43,790 nucleotides of DNA, taken from assembly GCA_002269645.1 (NCBI GenBank), contig NIVC01003463.1:1-43790 (forward strand). Direction: 5' to 3'. Position numbers and translations under genes: made by a program. Position 1 is the stretch's first letter. Each line of letters opens with the position of its first letter. The notes under the pieces are model-generated. The model was not told where the DNA came from. It searched no databases and saw only the letters and a program-made list of their open reading frames with translations. This DNA comes from Macrostomum lignano (lineage: Eukaryota). Positions 14,501 through 28,645 of the stretch are shown piece by piece.

Positions 14501-17500
14501 GGTAACTCGTCACTACTGATACTCAGCTAAGTGCATAAGGGCAGTTGCTACAATTCTAGCAACTATATATTTCTAGATCTGTGGCAGGAACACCACTTGG
14601 GTCTGCACTTAAATGAAAGCTTATTAGAGAAGTGTAGTAGCCTAAATACACCCAAATTTTGTGATATTGATACATGTATAACGATAGTGAATAGATTTCA
14701 TTTTACTTTAACTTCTTATTACAAATGACTAAAAGTTTTAATTTATTTTGATTGCTAAGTTTGTTAATTTTAATTGTTTGTTTTATTTAGTCAACAATTT
14801 TTTAATTTATTACTTACTTGCATTAAACTTACTAATAAACTCAACCAAAATGAATCTATCATAGTAAATTATTTGTCAAAATGGCCAGCTTTAGATGAAA
14901 TAGTCATAGCAAAAGTCTTTTTTGCCATTATTGACTTTCACCAAAAATTTCTTTGCCAAAGTAGGTTGAATCCTTGTAATAAATCCAACTAAGCCTATCT
15001 ATCAATCATGAATAAATGGCAATCTTTTGGATAATAATCATTGCTTAACTTACCAGCTTTGATTGACAATTACCATTGAAATTTGTTTCTATTCTTTGTT
15101 CAAATTGTCCTGCAATTAAGTCAATTATAAGTTGGGTACTTACTAAATATCCCACAAAAGTAAATGCTATACTTTTGGTTAATTATCATTTGTATATACC
15201 AGTAACATTGAAATGATTGTCTTTTAAAATTGAAGGGGGTGCACACTGTGCTCTGTTTGTAATCCATTGTTCTCTTTGCTCTATGCATTAAAATTGAAGC
15301 CAAAGCTTTTATGCAATGGGACCATTTTATTTGAGACATGTGCAAGCTAATGTTAGGAAGGTGTCTAGTGTATGCCAAAAAATTTTGGCAAAATTTTAGG
15401 TAAATGCCAAGTATCTCAAAAATTGTTCATGTGACTTTGTTATATACACCAAAATTTAACAATTATACAACCTTACCTTTGTGCTACAACAATAAAGAAC
15501 CTTTTAATGTTGCAACCATCAAGAAATTTTTTCCATTGTTACATTTGATATTTATGTGTACATTATAACAAAACAAGTGTCATGTCTATTTCTCCTTTAC
15601 AACAACTTGCAATTACACAAAGTTCCGGTACCTAAATTCTTTAAAATAGCATTATCACATTCAATTAATATTTTTATTATTTGTTTGCACTCTTGTAACC
15701 TCTTAGCTGCTACCTTTTTTTCTTCAAAATATTCTACCTTTTGTTATGAAAACTGATAGATATTTGAACCTATTTTCAAACAGTTTCTATATCACTTTTT
15801 GTATACCAAATACAACTTTTTAAGATCCAAACATGCCAATTAACTATGAAGGGCAAATGCATGCCAGAAAATTATGGCATATAAGATACCTTTTAACCAT
15901 AGCGTGCAAGTACTTTAAGGCTTAAAGTAAGTCTATTTTCTTAAAGAAATGAAGTTTGTACTTTTGGAATACAATCGTTTTAATGCAATTTTCATGTTTA
16001 CATAATTGTCTTCCAAAACTAATCTAGTATACAAGGTGCTCCTTTATAAAAAAAGGTTCAAAGTGCTACAGAATATTGTCTTGTGAATGTTTGAAAGCTA
16101 AATTCATAGATACTTTAGTTTCAGAACCTAGCATTTTAGGGCAATTTTTAGATTTGAATAGTTGTTATACAAAATTGATATAATTTATAAAGTACTAATT
16201 TATAAAAATTTAAAGGTTGGACAAGATCTCAATCAAGATGTTGGCACTTTTTTTCAATCTCAATCTTAGTCTTGGTTTTAAGATTCCAAAAGGAGTCATA
16301 TATTTAACAAATAACAATAATTAGCATTGATAGATAGAATAGTATAAATAGGCCTACTATATGCTAATTAGGCTTAATTTTGAATCTTCAAGATTGAATC
16401 TTAATTATCTCCCAAATATAGATCTTGAGTCTTAAAAAACTTGAAAATATATTGTCTGACCCCTAATAAAAGTGCTGAAATCATTCTTTCTATGAATGCT
16501 TCAAAAGTTGAAATTTTCAATTCTCGAAAGTTTGTTAAGTCATTTTAAGAACTTGTACTCTATATTTATTTAAAACAATCTTTTAGATGATCATTATCAG
16601 AAAAATTGCCAAAAATAGCTATAAAAATAAAAATAGATAAAATATGTGATTATAAACTAGTTTGATTCTTAAGTAATTGAATTTTTAAATGAATGATAGC
16701 CATATTGATCAATTAATACTAGATTTATACCTAAATAAAAATACTTTAAATAGGCCTAAATTATAGAATTTATTTAAGGCTAAGTACAAAAGGTAGCTAA
16801 TTAAAGAAAGCAAGTCAATTTGCCAAAAGTTTATTTGCCAAAAATTATAATAATCAAAGAACAAATGAATAAAATATACAAATAAAGAGATGAAATAATA
16901 AATATTAAATTTAAAACATTATTACCTCATCTATAAACAAATAAATAAAGTAACTTGTAGAATGTTAAATGTTAAAGTGTAAATGGTACCTTCCATTTTG
17001 GCAACAAGTCAATTCAGCAATGACCATTTTGGCAACAAATATAATAGAAAAATTACAAGTATCTATGGTACAGTGAACTAAACCCCAGCTGACTACCTTC
17101 CAGTTTTAGAATTGAATGCCTAAGTTTTAAACTTGCCTTATTATATTATCTGATTGATACTTTCACTGTCCCTCTATTTACATCATGTACATCATGCTTT
17201 GCCCAAGTGACCATCAGTTCACCTACCTATCTCTCTCGTCTGAATCCAATCTGATTGGTATAGTATAAGCATATGTAGCGGAGTGGAATAATGGCAAAAA
17301 TACAAGTGCATGCTACCATTGTGCTAAAATTCAAAGCAAGCTTTGCAGCATACATAGTCGGTTACTTATTGCACATTGGAGATCACAAGAACATGAAGCA
17401 CATTGTAGCTTACAAAATGGGGAAAGAATAGAGAGAAAGAGGTGCTACAAAAGCAATCAGTTGGTGTCATCTTCTCTGTTAGCCAATCATGTCTAGTTGT

Positions 17501-17659
17501 GTTGTGTGCAATGTCAGAGTTCGAAAAAGGCAGCAAGGGCTAGAGTGTAACGGATGTCGCAGATGGCAGCATTGAACTTGCAACAGTGGCATTACTCAGG
17601 AAGAGTACTACTAGCTAAACAAGCTAGATGGCTTCGACTGGCTGTGCAAGTTGTGCTCA

Positions 17660-17810
17660 CAGCAGCACCAGCCTGACAAGTATAAGCAGCACTAGCCTAA
17701 TGAGCACAAGTAGCACTAGCCTGACAAGCACAAGTAGCACCAGCCTGATGAGCATGAGCAGCACCAGCCTGATGAGCACGAGCAGCACCAACCTGATGAA
17801 CATTGGCACG
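17660..17810. repeat. Short 27-bp repeat inside the Mutator-like element
   Basis: AGCAGCACCAGCCTGA units. Confidence 0.75.
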
Positions 17811-17899
17811 AACATTGGCAAGAGCAGCAATGGCAAATTGCTGTCCCAGTCCAAGTACCCCCTCCACTGCAGTAGCACAAACTGCAAATAGTAGTGCAA

Positions 17900-19253
17900 A
17901 AATTCAAATTGCTTGTTGCAGGTTGACCAAAGGCAAGGACTCACTTGTAGTTGACAGGAGGTTTACATTTGTCATTAGCTGCAAGCAAAACAAGGTGGTG
18001 TACTGGAGATGCACCAAGCGCAATGCCAACACAACATGCTCAGCTACTGTGACACAATGAGGCAACTTGTTCACGTGAGACCCCGCATAGTACAACCATG
18101 AGGAGCAGCACAGACCAGCCGAGTGGCAGAGACTGCAGTAGGCTGTTGCAGCGTGAGCCAAATAGCAGCTTTTCATGTCGGCACCACAAATTGCACGCAA
18201 AGATACTAGCTGTTTTTGACACCTTTTGGCATGGACCATAGATTCCCAATCCATGACTATTAGCCCATACCGCAAATTGCAATCATGCGGCTGACAGACT
18301 AGAAAATTCTGCCACAATCCATTTCAACTTGCCTGCATCATTCTTTCCTTTGTTGTTTATGATATCAGAAAGCCTGGTTGACAGCATCTGCTGATGGCGA
18401 CACCAAGTAATGTTGCATTATATTCAGTGCGCAACATACTAGTACTTGGATAGCATGTTTAATGTTGTACCTGAGCCATTTCATTAGCTATATTGCATGC
18501 ATTCATTTGTTACTGGTCCTAAAGGTCACCTGAAGCAGGTACCAATGCTCATGGTCTTGATGTCCAATAGAGGCTACCAGGACTACTGCTTGTCTTCTCT
18601 GCCGCATGTGATGTGCTCCATGACCAGCTGTCTGAATGCACAGCAGGATAGACTTCGAGGCTGCAGTGTGGCGAGCAGTATGCACCAAATTTCCAACTGC
18701 AGTGCGTTGCGGTTGTGCCTTCCACTATACACAGGCAATTTACTGCTGGATCATCACCATTGGACTTTCATAAGCTTACACGGATGATGTCGGTGCACAG
18801 GTTTTCTGCCAACAGCTCATGGCATTGCCTTTTCTGTCAGGTAACCGAATTGCAAATGCATTTTATACACTCCAAAGCATGGTCATAGAGGATGAGCTCA
18901 ACAGGCTCTGCAACTATGTTCAGGGCACATGGATCTGCAACTCTAACTGGCAAGTGCATGAACTCTCAGTCATCCAGTTATCAATTAGAACAAACAACAA
19001 CACTGAGGGATGGCACAATAAGCTGCAGCACTGTGCAATGAGGGCCAACATGCAGTTTTACCAGCTGCTAAAGCTGCTGCACGAAGAGGCCCTCTTGGTC
19101 AAGATTGATGCAGCATTGGTTGGCCAAGGTGTCAACATTCAGGAAACAAGGCCAGCAGTGCGTGCAAGGCAAGAGGCCTTCTTCCGCTATGGGCGGAGTA
19201 TGAAGCCAGCACCAGAACTCTTGAGGCATTGCTGCTTGCATGCAATGGCATGA
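17900..19253 (+). pseudogene. FLYWCH/MULE transposase pseudogene
   Basis: FTFVISCKQNKVVYWRCTKR..CSAT (FLYWCH); LDSMFNVVPEPFH*LYCMHSF..KQVPMLMVLM..DY (first catalytic D region); NYVQGTW..RTNNNTEGWHNKL (MULE C-terminus). Many stops and frameshifts. Confidence 0.85.
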
Positions 19254-21488
19254 ATGCCCCCATGGAAGAGTAAACATCATACACAAATTATCCTCTACAA
19301 GAATTTTTCTTGTTGTTTCTTAAGAATATTAATTTCTTATTGTAATTCATTTATTTTACCATACTTTTGGTGTCCAAGCATTCATCAGTGTCTAGGTTTT
19401 ATATTGTCAACACATTGATTAAGTTTTACAATAACAATTGTTTAACAGTTTTAACAAAGCTTATAAAGTTTAATGTAAAGTTTTACACTATAATTCATTT
19501 TAACAACATTTAAACAGATTGTAAATTTGAGTAAGTTCTAAAATTTTTTGTTGCTATGAGATAAGAATACATTCAAAATCCTATTTAAGAATTGTCGCTA
19601 AAATGGTTGTCACCAAATTGACCTATTGCCGAAATGGGTGTCACCGAAATGGTTTGTCGCCAAAATGTACTGGATTTGTGTAAACCACCTATGTTTTATA
19701 AATAAAGAGATAAAATATATACATTGTTGCTTACAAAGTGGTAGCCTACTTAATCTAGTATTTTTAATTAAGTAGCTAAAAAATTAAGCCTAATAAATCA
19801 TCTATTAAAACCAAAAAATTAATTAACTAATATAGGCTATAAAATTATGAATAAATCAAATGCTAAAGCCTGAGCTGTCTGAGTCTACAAAAATATAAAT
19901 CAGTAGGCATTAAGCTAGCCTATAAAATTCCTTTACAGAAAGTTGTTATGTTAAAAGGAATTTGAATATCCTTAAGTTTGAACTGGTGTAAATGATTCTT
20001 CTTTGGTTTATAATTATTCTTCTTTCTGGACTACATTCTTCTTAATTAGTTCTATAGACCTAGGCTATAGGCTTAGTGGCTAGCCCATAATACTCTTTTT
20101 ACTAAGGCTTATCAACAATAATACCATGAGTTAAAAATTGCAAAAAGTTGACGCAAAGGTGTTATCGCATGCAGAAAAGATTAACTATATAAAAAGTTGG
20201 AAACGAATCTTCAAATTTAGAAGGGTTCAGATTTTACTTTGGTTCTAAAGTAAACTCCTGTTATCGGCACGGCATCACGTCTATTATTTTTACATTTTCC
20301 GAGAATCTTGCGTCCATATTAATTTTTTAAAGTTTTTCAGACAAAGGAATAACACATCTTATGCATTACCAAAAATTTTTCTGCCTTATAAACTGTTTAC
20401 TTCTGCAGAAATTCAGTATTTTATAGCTTTAAAAAATTTTTAGCTTTTTATATTAGTAAACAAAGATGACATTTCAGATTTTGTGCAGAAAGGCACTAAT
20501 TTAACGTTTCTTTTCTTCCCGTTTTATTTGTTGTATATTGCCTCGTGGTATTTGACTGATTGGCTTAAAAAGATTATTTACATCTAAACTTTCTCTACAT
20601 AAATCAGCTTCTGACACTTAAAGGAATAACGTTTTTAATGTGGTGTATTAGATTTTTCGAAAAAAGCTAGCTTTTCTTGTGAAAACCATTAAAAACAAAC
20701 AAAACATGTTGGCCATAGGCCCATCAGTATATTTACTGGGCTTTATTGAAAATGAATTGCCATTGCTCTATAAGTAGTATTAGGAGCTAAAAGATAATTA
20801 GAATTGCTTAGTGTTGCTAATATTATAGTAAAAGATTAAGCAATCAGTAATTTAATGTTGAGTGAAGTATGAAATAATGGAAAAAATATAGAAAATTACC
20901 ATTAACAAACAGAATTTTAAGAACATTGATCAAAATATTATAATTAAGTCTCTTTGTTATATAATTTTTATCTTTATTACAGCATAATGTATTCATATTT
21001 ATATTTATTTATACCCCATTAAAACCCTAGTATGTTATAAACAGCAACATTTATATACTATGTCAAACTGTTAAAATGTAATGTTTTTATCAATGTTTAT
21101 CATTTTATCAATTTTGACTACTATTTAAGAAATAGTTAAATCATAAACTTCATAGCATTAATTTTAGTACCTTTTAAAACTATAGTCTTTAAAAAAATTG
21201 AAATAAAATTTAATATAGGATTTTTATTTTTTTAGTAATAATATAGCACATTTTTATCAGTTATATATTTAAGTATTTTTGTACTATTATCAAAAATTTA
21301 CTTCTCTTGACTATTGTATTTGTTAATCAATGTTAATACAAAATGGTTCAAAAATTTAGAATATATACACAATAGATGTTTATAGCATTTTCTAATATAA
21401 TATTGTTATTAACTTTTTATATTTCTATTTCAGATTTAAAACTTTTATACTAGTTTTAAAAAACCTTTTTATGCATGAGATTCTCAAA

Positions 21489-22261
21489 ATGAGTCTATTT
21501 CTGCAAGCTGCTATCACATGCCTCATATTGTCCTCAGTCCTAAGCCCATGCTTAGCCATCAAGTGCTACCTGTGCAACTCCACAATCCAGTCTGACTGTC
21601 TCGAAGAGTTCAACTACAACAGCAGATCAATTGTACCCATGGATTGTGATGTTGCAGATGGCAAGTTCTGCATAAAGACAACAGGAGTTTGGGGTGGTAA
21701 GTGTTTCACTACAGTTGAACTTTGATTGTTTGCGCTACTGTTAGTAGGTAGTGTGATGCCTACTATTAGTAGCTAGTGTGGTGTGGTGGCTACTGTTAGT
21801 AGCTAGTGTGGTGTCTACTGTTACTATCTAGTGTGGTGGCTACTGTTGGTAGCTAATGTGGTGTGGTGGCTACTGTTAGTAGCTAGTGTGGTGGCTACTG
21901 TTAGTATCTAGGGTGGTGGCTACTGTTAGTAGCTAGTGTGGTGGCTACTGTTAGTATCTAGTGTGGTGGCTACTGTTAGTAGCTAGTGTGGATCGAGAAG
22001 AATAGCATGGATATTTTGGGTCTCATTCCAGCCGTGGTGGGGACCACCAGATTCTGCTCCAGCATGGACATGGGCAACCAATGCCAGTACCTGCCGTTCC
22101 CCGACCACGACCGCATCTACCGGGCCTGCGTGTACACCTGCAGCTCCGACGCCTGCAATGCCGGGTCTCCGTCTGGTGGCGGCGGTGGCTTCACGACGCT
22201 GCAGCTGCTGACGTCCTTGACGCTGTGGCTGCTGGCTGGCAGCCGCCTGCGACTTCTCTGA
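21489..22261 (+). CDS. bou: Boudin-like Ly6/uPAR three-finger GPI-anchored protein, copy 1. Exons 21489-21696 and 22032-22261; 145 aa.
   Basis: Signal peptide; IKCYLCNS..C..C..FCIKTTG..GTTRFCSSMDMGNQCQY..YRACVYTCSSDACN, close to the Drosophila Boudin KRFCSSKDMGNYCDY..YRSCIYTCSTDGCN; hydrophobic GPI-signal-like tail; phase-1 GT-AG intron. Confidence 0.82.
21735..21990. repeat. 25-bp intronic minisatellite, Ly6 copy 1
   Basis: TAGCTAGTGTGGTGGCTACTGTTAG. Confidence 0.93.
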
Positions 22262-22959
22262 CTGATTTTTTGATACTTGCGCTTATGATTTATTGCTGCT
22301 ATCAGTGAATCATGGAGTTTTTTGTCAGACTGTAAATCTCCCGTCGTGATCTGTGCGAACAGATTTATGCTTTAAGAATAGGCCGTTAAGTCTGCAACTT
22401 CGGGATATTCCGCACGTTTTTCCTAAACCCTGAATACTTTAACAAAGTGGCACATTCCATTTAGCATCCGCCATGTTCGCGGGCTCTACAATTAGGGAGC
22501 TGTGATGATTCAATGCTTAGCTTTTGCATACCCCTGTCTGTGTACATATTGATAGGCTGTGTGTATTAAACTTTAATATTGGATGTAATTAGGTTAAATT
22601 GCATTGTGCTTTACAATATTATTTGTACGGCTATTCCGGGCTTTAAAATTCAAGTTTTTTGTATCTTCAAAAGGTTTAAAATTTTGCCTATTGTGCTAAT
22701 GTTAAACTAATACATTTATTCATTTCTACGTCCTATACATTATAATATACTTTACTGACAGCCTCAGATACCAATAAAACTAGTGTTGCATGGCACCAAA
22801 GCTGAGACATTTCGCTTTATTGTTTGTTTACTCAGAATTAGCATACTACATTTATCTGGGATCTTCTCGTGTCTCATTTGTTGTTTCGAAATTATTCGTG
22901 ACAATTTTTTCTTAATTATCACAGAATATTAATGCTGTATGGTCTAGCTTTACTGCTTC

Positions 22960-24375
22960 CCCCGATACTTCACCGTCTCACCTCACACTTCATTGCCTCT
23001 CCTGATACTTCACTGTCTCTTCTGACACTTCTTCGCCTCTCCTGACACTTCACTGTCTCTCCTGACACTTCATAGCCTTTTCTGACACTTCAGCGCCTCT
23101 CCTGACACTTGACCGCCTCTCCTGGCACTTCACCGCCTCTCCTGACACTTCACCGTCTCACCTGACACTTCACCGCCTCTCCTGACACTTCACCGCCTCT
23201 CCTGACACTTCATTGCCTTTTCTGACACTTCACTGCATCTCCTGACACTTTACCGCCTCTCCTGATACTTCACTGTCTCTTCACTGATACTTCACTGACA
23301 CTTCACCCCCTCTCCTGACACTTCACTGTCTCTTCTGACACTTCACTGTCTCTCCTGACACTTCACTGCCTTTCCTGACACTTCACTGTCTCTCCTGACA
23401 TTTCACTGCCTTTCCTGACACTTCACTGTCTCTCCTGACATTTCACTGCCTTTCCTGACACTTCACTGTCTCTCCTGACATTTCACTGCCTTTCCTGACA
23501 CTTCACTGTCTCTCCTGACATTTCACTGCCTTTCCTGACACTTCACTGTCTCTCCTGACACTTTACCGCCTCTCCTGACACTTCACTGCCTCTTCTGACA
23601 CTTCACCGCCTCTCCTGACACTTCACTGCCTCTCCTGACACTTCACTGTCTCTCCTGATACTTCACTGCCTCCCCTGATACTTCACTGTCTCTTCTGACA
23701 CTTCACCGCCTCTCCTGACACTTCACTGCCTCTCCTGACAATTCGCCGTCTCACCTGACACTTCACCGCCTCTGCTGACACTTCATTGCCTTTTCTGACA
23801 CTTCATTGCCTTTTCTGACACTTCACTGCCTCTCCTGACACTTCACCACCTCTTCTGATACTTCACTGCCTCCCCTGATACTTCACTGTCTCTTCTGACA
23901 CTTCACTGTCTCTTCTGACACTTCACCGCCTCTCCTGACACTTCACTGCCTCTTCTGACACTTCACCGCCTCTCCTGACACTTCACCGCCTCTCCTGACA
24001 CTTCACTGCTCCCCTGATACTTCACCGTCTCTCCTGACACTTCACTCTCTCCTGACACTTCACTGCCTCTTCTGACACTTCACCGCCTCTCCTGACACTT
24101 CACCGTCTCTCCTGACACTTCACCGCCTCTCCTGACACTTCACTGCTCCCCTGATACTTCACCGTCTCTCCTGACACTTCACTCTCTCCTGACACTTCAC
24201 TGCCTCCCCTGATACTTCACTGTCTCTTCTGACACTTCTTCGCCTCTCCTGACACTTCAACGACTCTTCTGACACTTCACTGCTCCCCTGATACTTCACC
24301 GTCTCTTCTGACACTTCATTGCCTCTTCTGACATTTCACCTCCTCTCCTGACATTTCACCTCCTCTCCTAACACT
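22960..24375. repeat. 20-bp minisatellite, ~70 copies
   Basis: CCTGACACTTCAC(T/C)GCCTCT units. Confidence 0.95.
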
Positions 24376-24886
24376 TTGCTGCTACTCTTGAGACTGGCAT
24401 TCCAGTACTGAAATCAAACTGAATAATATTTCTGTTCAATAATTTAATTGTAAATCAGACTAGTGCGATATAAAACTACATGTTAGCAAGAATCCACAAG
24501 GTGAAAATCTATTCTTCAATCCTGCTTTCGAAGTACATCTATTAAATAACGGAGATACATCGTTTTTAGATTATAATTTTTACAGTATATGGAATTCTAT
24601 CATCAAAGATTTTACACAGTAAATCTTAACATACTTGCGGAGACGACTATAGGCCTGCTTTAGGAGACATATTTTGTGCATCTCGCACAAGCAAATTTAT
24701 GTTGTTAAGCTTTTTAGTCTTTGGCAAAAGTAAGCCTGACAGCGCGAGGCCCGGACTTCAATCAATATCATACGAGCCCAACTTGAAGCAAGACGCGAAC
24801 AGTTTCTGTTTGCAGTTTTCACTTCCCGTGCATTAGAACTATCGATATCGGCTACAATTTTTTATTAGATAAAGGCAGCTAAAACA

Positions 24887-27165
24887 ATGGCCGGAGATCC
24901 AAATTCCATCGCGCAGCGGCTGATGAAGCTGGAGCTGCAGCAGCCGCAGGCTGTCATCAAGCAGGAAATAACAGCGGAGGACGTCACTGCGCAGGCGGCG
25001 CTCCCTGCGGGAGAAGGTGTCGGCAGTGAGAAAGAGATCAAAGACACAACAGGTGACGCTGAAGCTGGCAACGAGGATGAAGACGCGGCATCGGGCGGCA
25101 GCAGCGACTTGGACGAGGACAGCGACGACGTAGAAGAAGGCGCCGAACAGGGCGAACCGGACGATCTGGACGAGCTGGCCGGCCTGCTGACCAGCGAGAG
25201 TCGCCGGGACCGCCTCCTGGGCGCGCGGAGTCTCCGCAGCCGCATCTCCGACAGGCACGAGGCGCCAGGCTACTCGCGACTGCTGACATCGCCGGCTCTG
25301 GCCGCTCTGGTGGCGAACCTGGGTACCAGCGCCGACCAGGAGTTGCAGTTCGAGTCCGCTTGGGCGCTCACCAACCTGCTGGCTGGCAGCGGAGCGAGGC
25401 CCGCCGACCTGGTGACGAGCAGCGGCTTGGGTAGCCGGCTGATTCGGATGCTCCAGTGTGCACCCACTGAGAGACTTCGCGAGCAGGTGAATATCAGAAT
25501 ATCAGAATCTATTTGAACCTAGATGTAGACCTCGATATTATATACCGTTCTGGACAAAACTGCAATGCATTTCATTAAATAACACATACATAATCATGTA
25601 AGTCAAGAAAAAACCAGTTCAATAAAGCTGAAGTTTCTGACTACAAATCAATTAGATCCCGAATGAAATGACCAAAACTTAAAGACTAAACGTCTTACTT
25701 GTTTCTACGAGCAATATGTAAAATTTGAGTCAATATTCAGACGGGTATGCAGATCTGCATGATTTAAAAATGCACCGCACCCTATTCAACCATGCACCAG
25801 GCCTGCTGGGCCCTTGCCAACGTGGCCGGCGAGTCCCCAGCCTGGCGCGATCAGCTGATCCTTGCCGATGATGGCAGCGGCAGCGGCGGTGGCCTCCTGC
25901 CAGCCCTCATTAATCTGTGGGAATCCGACCCCGGCAACGGGCTGCTGGACGCCTCATCGTTGCTGTTGGTGAATCTATTTCGCGACCGGCGACCTCGACT
26001 TAAGTTTGAGTACGCCCAGCTGCTGATGCCGCATGTCACGCGCCTACTGAGCCATCCGTACGATTCTGTGGTGCCCAACCTGCTGTGGGCGCTGTCCTAC
26101 GCCGTGGAGGGCAGCGAGCCTCGAGCCCGCCTTCTGCTGCGCGAGACCGACGCCGTCGATTGCGTACTCGGCTTTCTGGAAAGCAGCGACGACTCTCTTC
26201 TTATGCCGACGCTGCGGCTTCTGTGTTGCGCAGCCGCCTGCTTGCAGGTTGTGCCCGCCAAGCTGCTGACCGTGTTCCCGGCTGTCCGACGCCTGCTCGG
26301 CCACCGGGACGCCAAGCTGCGTCGCCAGGCTCTGCTGCTGCTTGGCTGCACTGCCTGCGGGCCGGACGCGCAGCTGGAGGCCGCTGCCCAGGCCGGCTGC
26401 TTGACTGCTTTAAACGAAATCCTGGCTGGCCGGAGACCGCAGACCGATGACCCTGAAGATGCTGCCGAGGCTTCCGGCGGCGGCGGCAGCGGAGCTGGCA
26501 TCAGTGACCTAGAGAGACGAGAAGCCTTCTGGATCATTCCGGACTTCATGCTGTCCAGAGCGCACAAGTTTGTAAGTTGATATTGATAATATTCAGTTGT
26601 GATAGTGCCTTTGTATCTTTGTATTTTTATCGGCTGTTGATCTGTCGCTTCTGAAAAAGGTGCCGTACGAACGCCGATCTTTTCAATCCCATATAAAAAT
26701 TCTCCTCAGAGCAAGCGGATCACGGAAGAATGTTTGGAGGGACTTCTGGCCTCTCTAAGCTTGCCTGAATTGGAAGCGACACGTTGTGCTCTTCTCTGCC
26801 TGCGCCATCTATTGTTCGCAGCAAAATATAAGAACCGGCCGGATCTTAACTTTGAACTTTTGAAAACTAGCATCGAAAAGTTGGATGGCCTAAAAAAGAT
26901 TGAGGCAATGCAGAAGATTGAAGATAAAGAAGTGATAAAGCTAAGCGATCAAATCCTTAATCAGTACTTTTGGGGCAACGAGAAAAAGTACCTAGAAGAG
27001 AGCAGCCAATCACAAGAAACGAGTCCTTCTCCTGTTGCGGCTGCGGACATTGAAGTTGGCGATGACCTACTTGACGACGGAGACGACGGAGAAGTTGTTT
27101 GCGGTCCAGACAAGGATGGAGCTCTAAGCTCCCTTATTGGTGGACTACAGGCCAACAGGGACTAA
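24887..27165 (+). CDS. Divergent importin-alpha (karyopherin alpha)-like ARM protein. Exons 24887-25486, 25801-26571, 26710-27165; about 608 aa.
   Basis: LQFESAWALTN, EQ|ACWALANVAGESPAWRDQL, LWALSY, LMPTLR, RREAFW and a C-terminal GL..IEAMQ..E..EV.K....IL.QYF segment typical of importin-alpha. Both introns are phase 0. Confidence 0.85.
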
Positions 27166-28645
27166 TTAAGTGCCGCGTCTGAAGGTAGCATTAAAACTGG
27201 TAAAGCTGGCAAAGTTTAAATAAGGTCTATAAAACGGATGTAGTGCTCTAAAGCGTAACTTTCGTGTCTCATTAGTTTTTCAGTACACTACTCGTTTGAA
27301 TACTTCGAGCCTCAGGAATGGGCCCAGATGCATGCATGTGCCTGTACATGTGCATGTATGCATGGTTGAATTGTCAGGTGTTTAAAAAACACAGTGAAAG
27401 TATTTTACAAAGTGTGATTATTACTTTCATTTTGCAGCGTACCAGTAAACCGGTCAATAAATTCATGATCCATCACCTAGACTGACGAAATATCTCTCCA
27501 TAAAACTGTATCAACGTACGCAAGAAACGTTAATGAATATACTAAACCACATCGTGTACCATTTCACGACGATGCTAATATATTGTTACTTGCTGAATCA
27601 CATTAGCAAGCATATCCTTGCTAATAAATTTTTATTTTCGATTTTTGCCAAACCCCAAGCCTTGGCCACGCCTCTCGTCGCCAGTCAAAGTCATCAGTAA
27701 AAATGGTAAAGTAAATAAAATTATTTTCCGGTGTCAACGATATCTACGGACTCTGCTTTCCATGGCGCCAATTTAGTTTTTTACGCATGAAAAATTTGTA
27801 ACGATCATAGGTAAATGCTTCCTTCCTGCTTGCTCAATAGAACTGAATAAAAATAAAATACAGGCTTTTATTGTTTGTTTCGCTTGAATTCCATACCTAG
27901 TCAACAATATTTATGCTATGATAGATAGATATAGTCCAAAACGGCAAAAGCTTCAATTGTGTACAAATTTACATTCACTCAGTGTTCTTTTCACAACCCA
28001 AGAAATGATATACTTTCCTTGTAATTAATAACATTATAACTAAAATATAAACCTTCAGGCGATATTTTTTTCAACAATGAAAATGCTGCAGTGCTCTCTG
28101 TGATTTATTTAATGCTCCTTTAATATTTTATCACAGAGTAATATAATAATTAATACTGCAACTCAAGTCAAGTTGAAACACATTGCAGAAATTTAACTAA
28201 CAAAGACAATGGTTGAAATATTACCATTTTTTAGTATGGGTTATTATTTATAAGATTTAAATAATTTCGTGACTTAATTGAAAATCAAATTATGATTTTT
28301 ATTCTAAGCTAAGCCTAAGCCTATAGCTTACTATGTAGAAGCATAGAAAATAATTTACTATGAATTAAAAATTAGTATTTATGAATAGGAAGTTTATTTC
28401 CATTTCCAATATGAATGTATAAATGATCTAATTTCTGATATTTTGTATTGTTGCATGCTTTATAGAGCATGCATATTACATGCATAAGTACTTAACATAT
28501 TATTGATAATATTATAGATAATAATATCAATCAATTTCATTAGTCCTATGTATTCTTTTTTTGTAATAATTGTACCAACTCTATAGATCAATAAGGTGAA
28601 ATTATATTAGCTGCTAATCTTTTATATGAGACTATTTGAAGCAAT

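Larger units (their letters stand above)
16990..19672 (+). mobile_element. Decayed Mutator-like (FLYWCH + MULE) DNA transposon
   Basis: Internal transposase relics. Ends carry inverted repeated motifs CCATTTTGGCAACAA (~16993, ~17024) and TTGTCGCCAAAATG / TCACCGAAATGG (~19595-19667). Confidence 0.7.

Noticed and set aside
14116-14530. Repeat-peptide ORFs
   Set aside because: Translations of the 30-bp minisatellite.
14530-16950. Short AT-rich ORFs (also 37270-39020 and 42037-42528)
   Set aside because: No homology, no convincing splice structure, or repeat-derived.
24839-25289. Antisense ORFs over importin-alpha exon 1 (similar cases over UVRAG and Ly6)
   Set aside because: Shadow ORFs typical of GC-rich coding exons.
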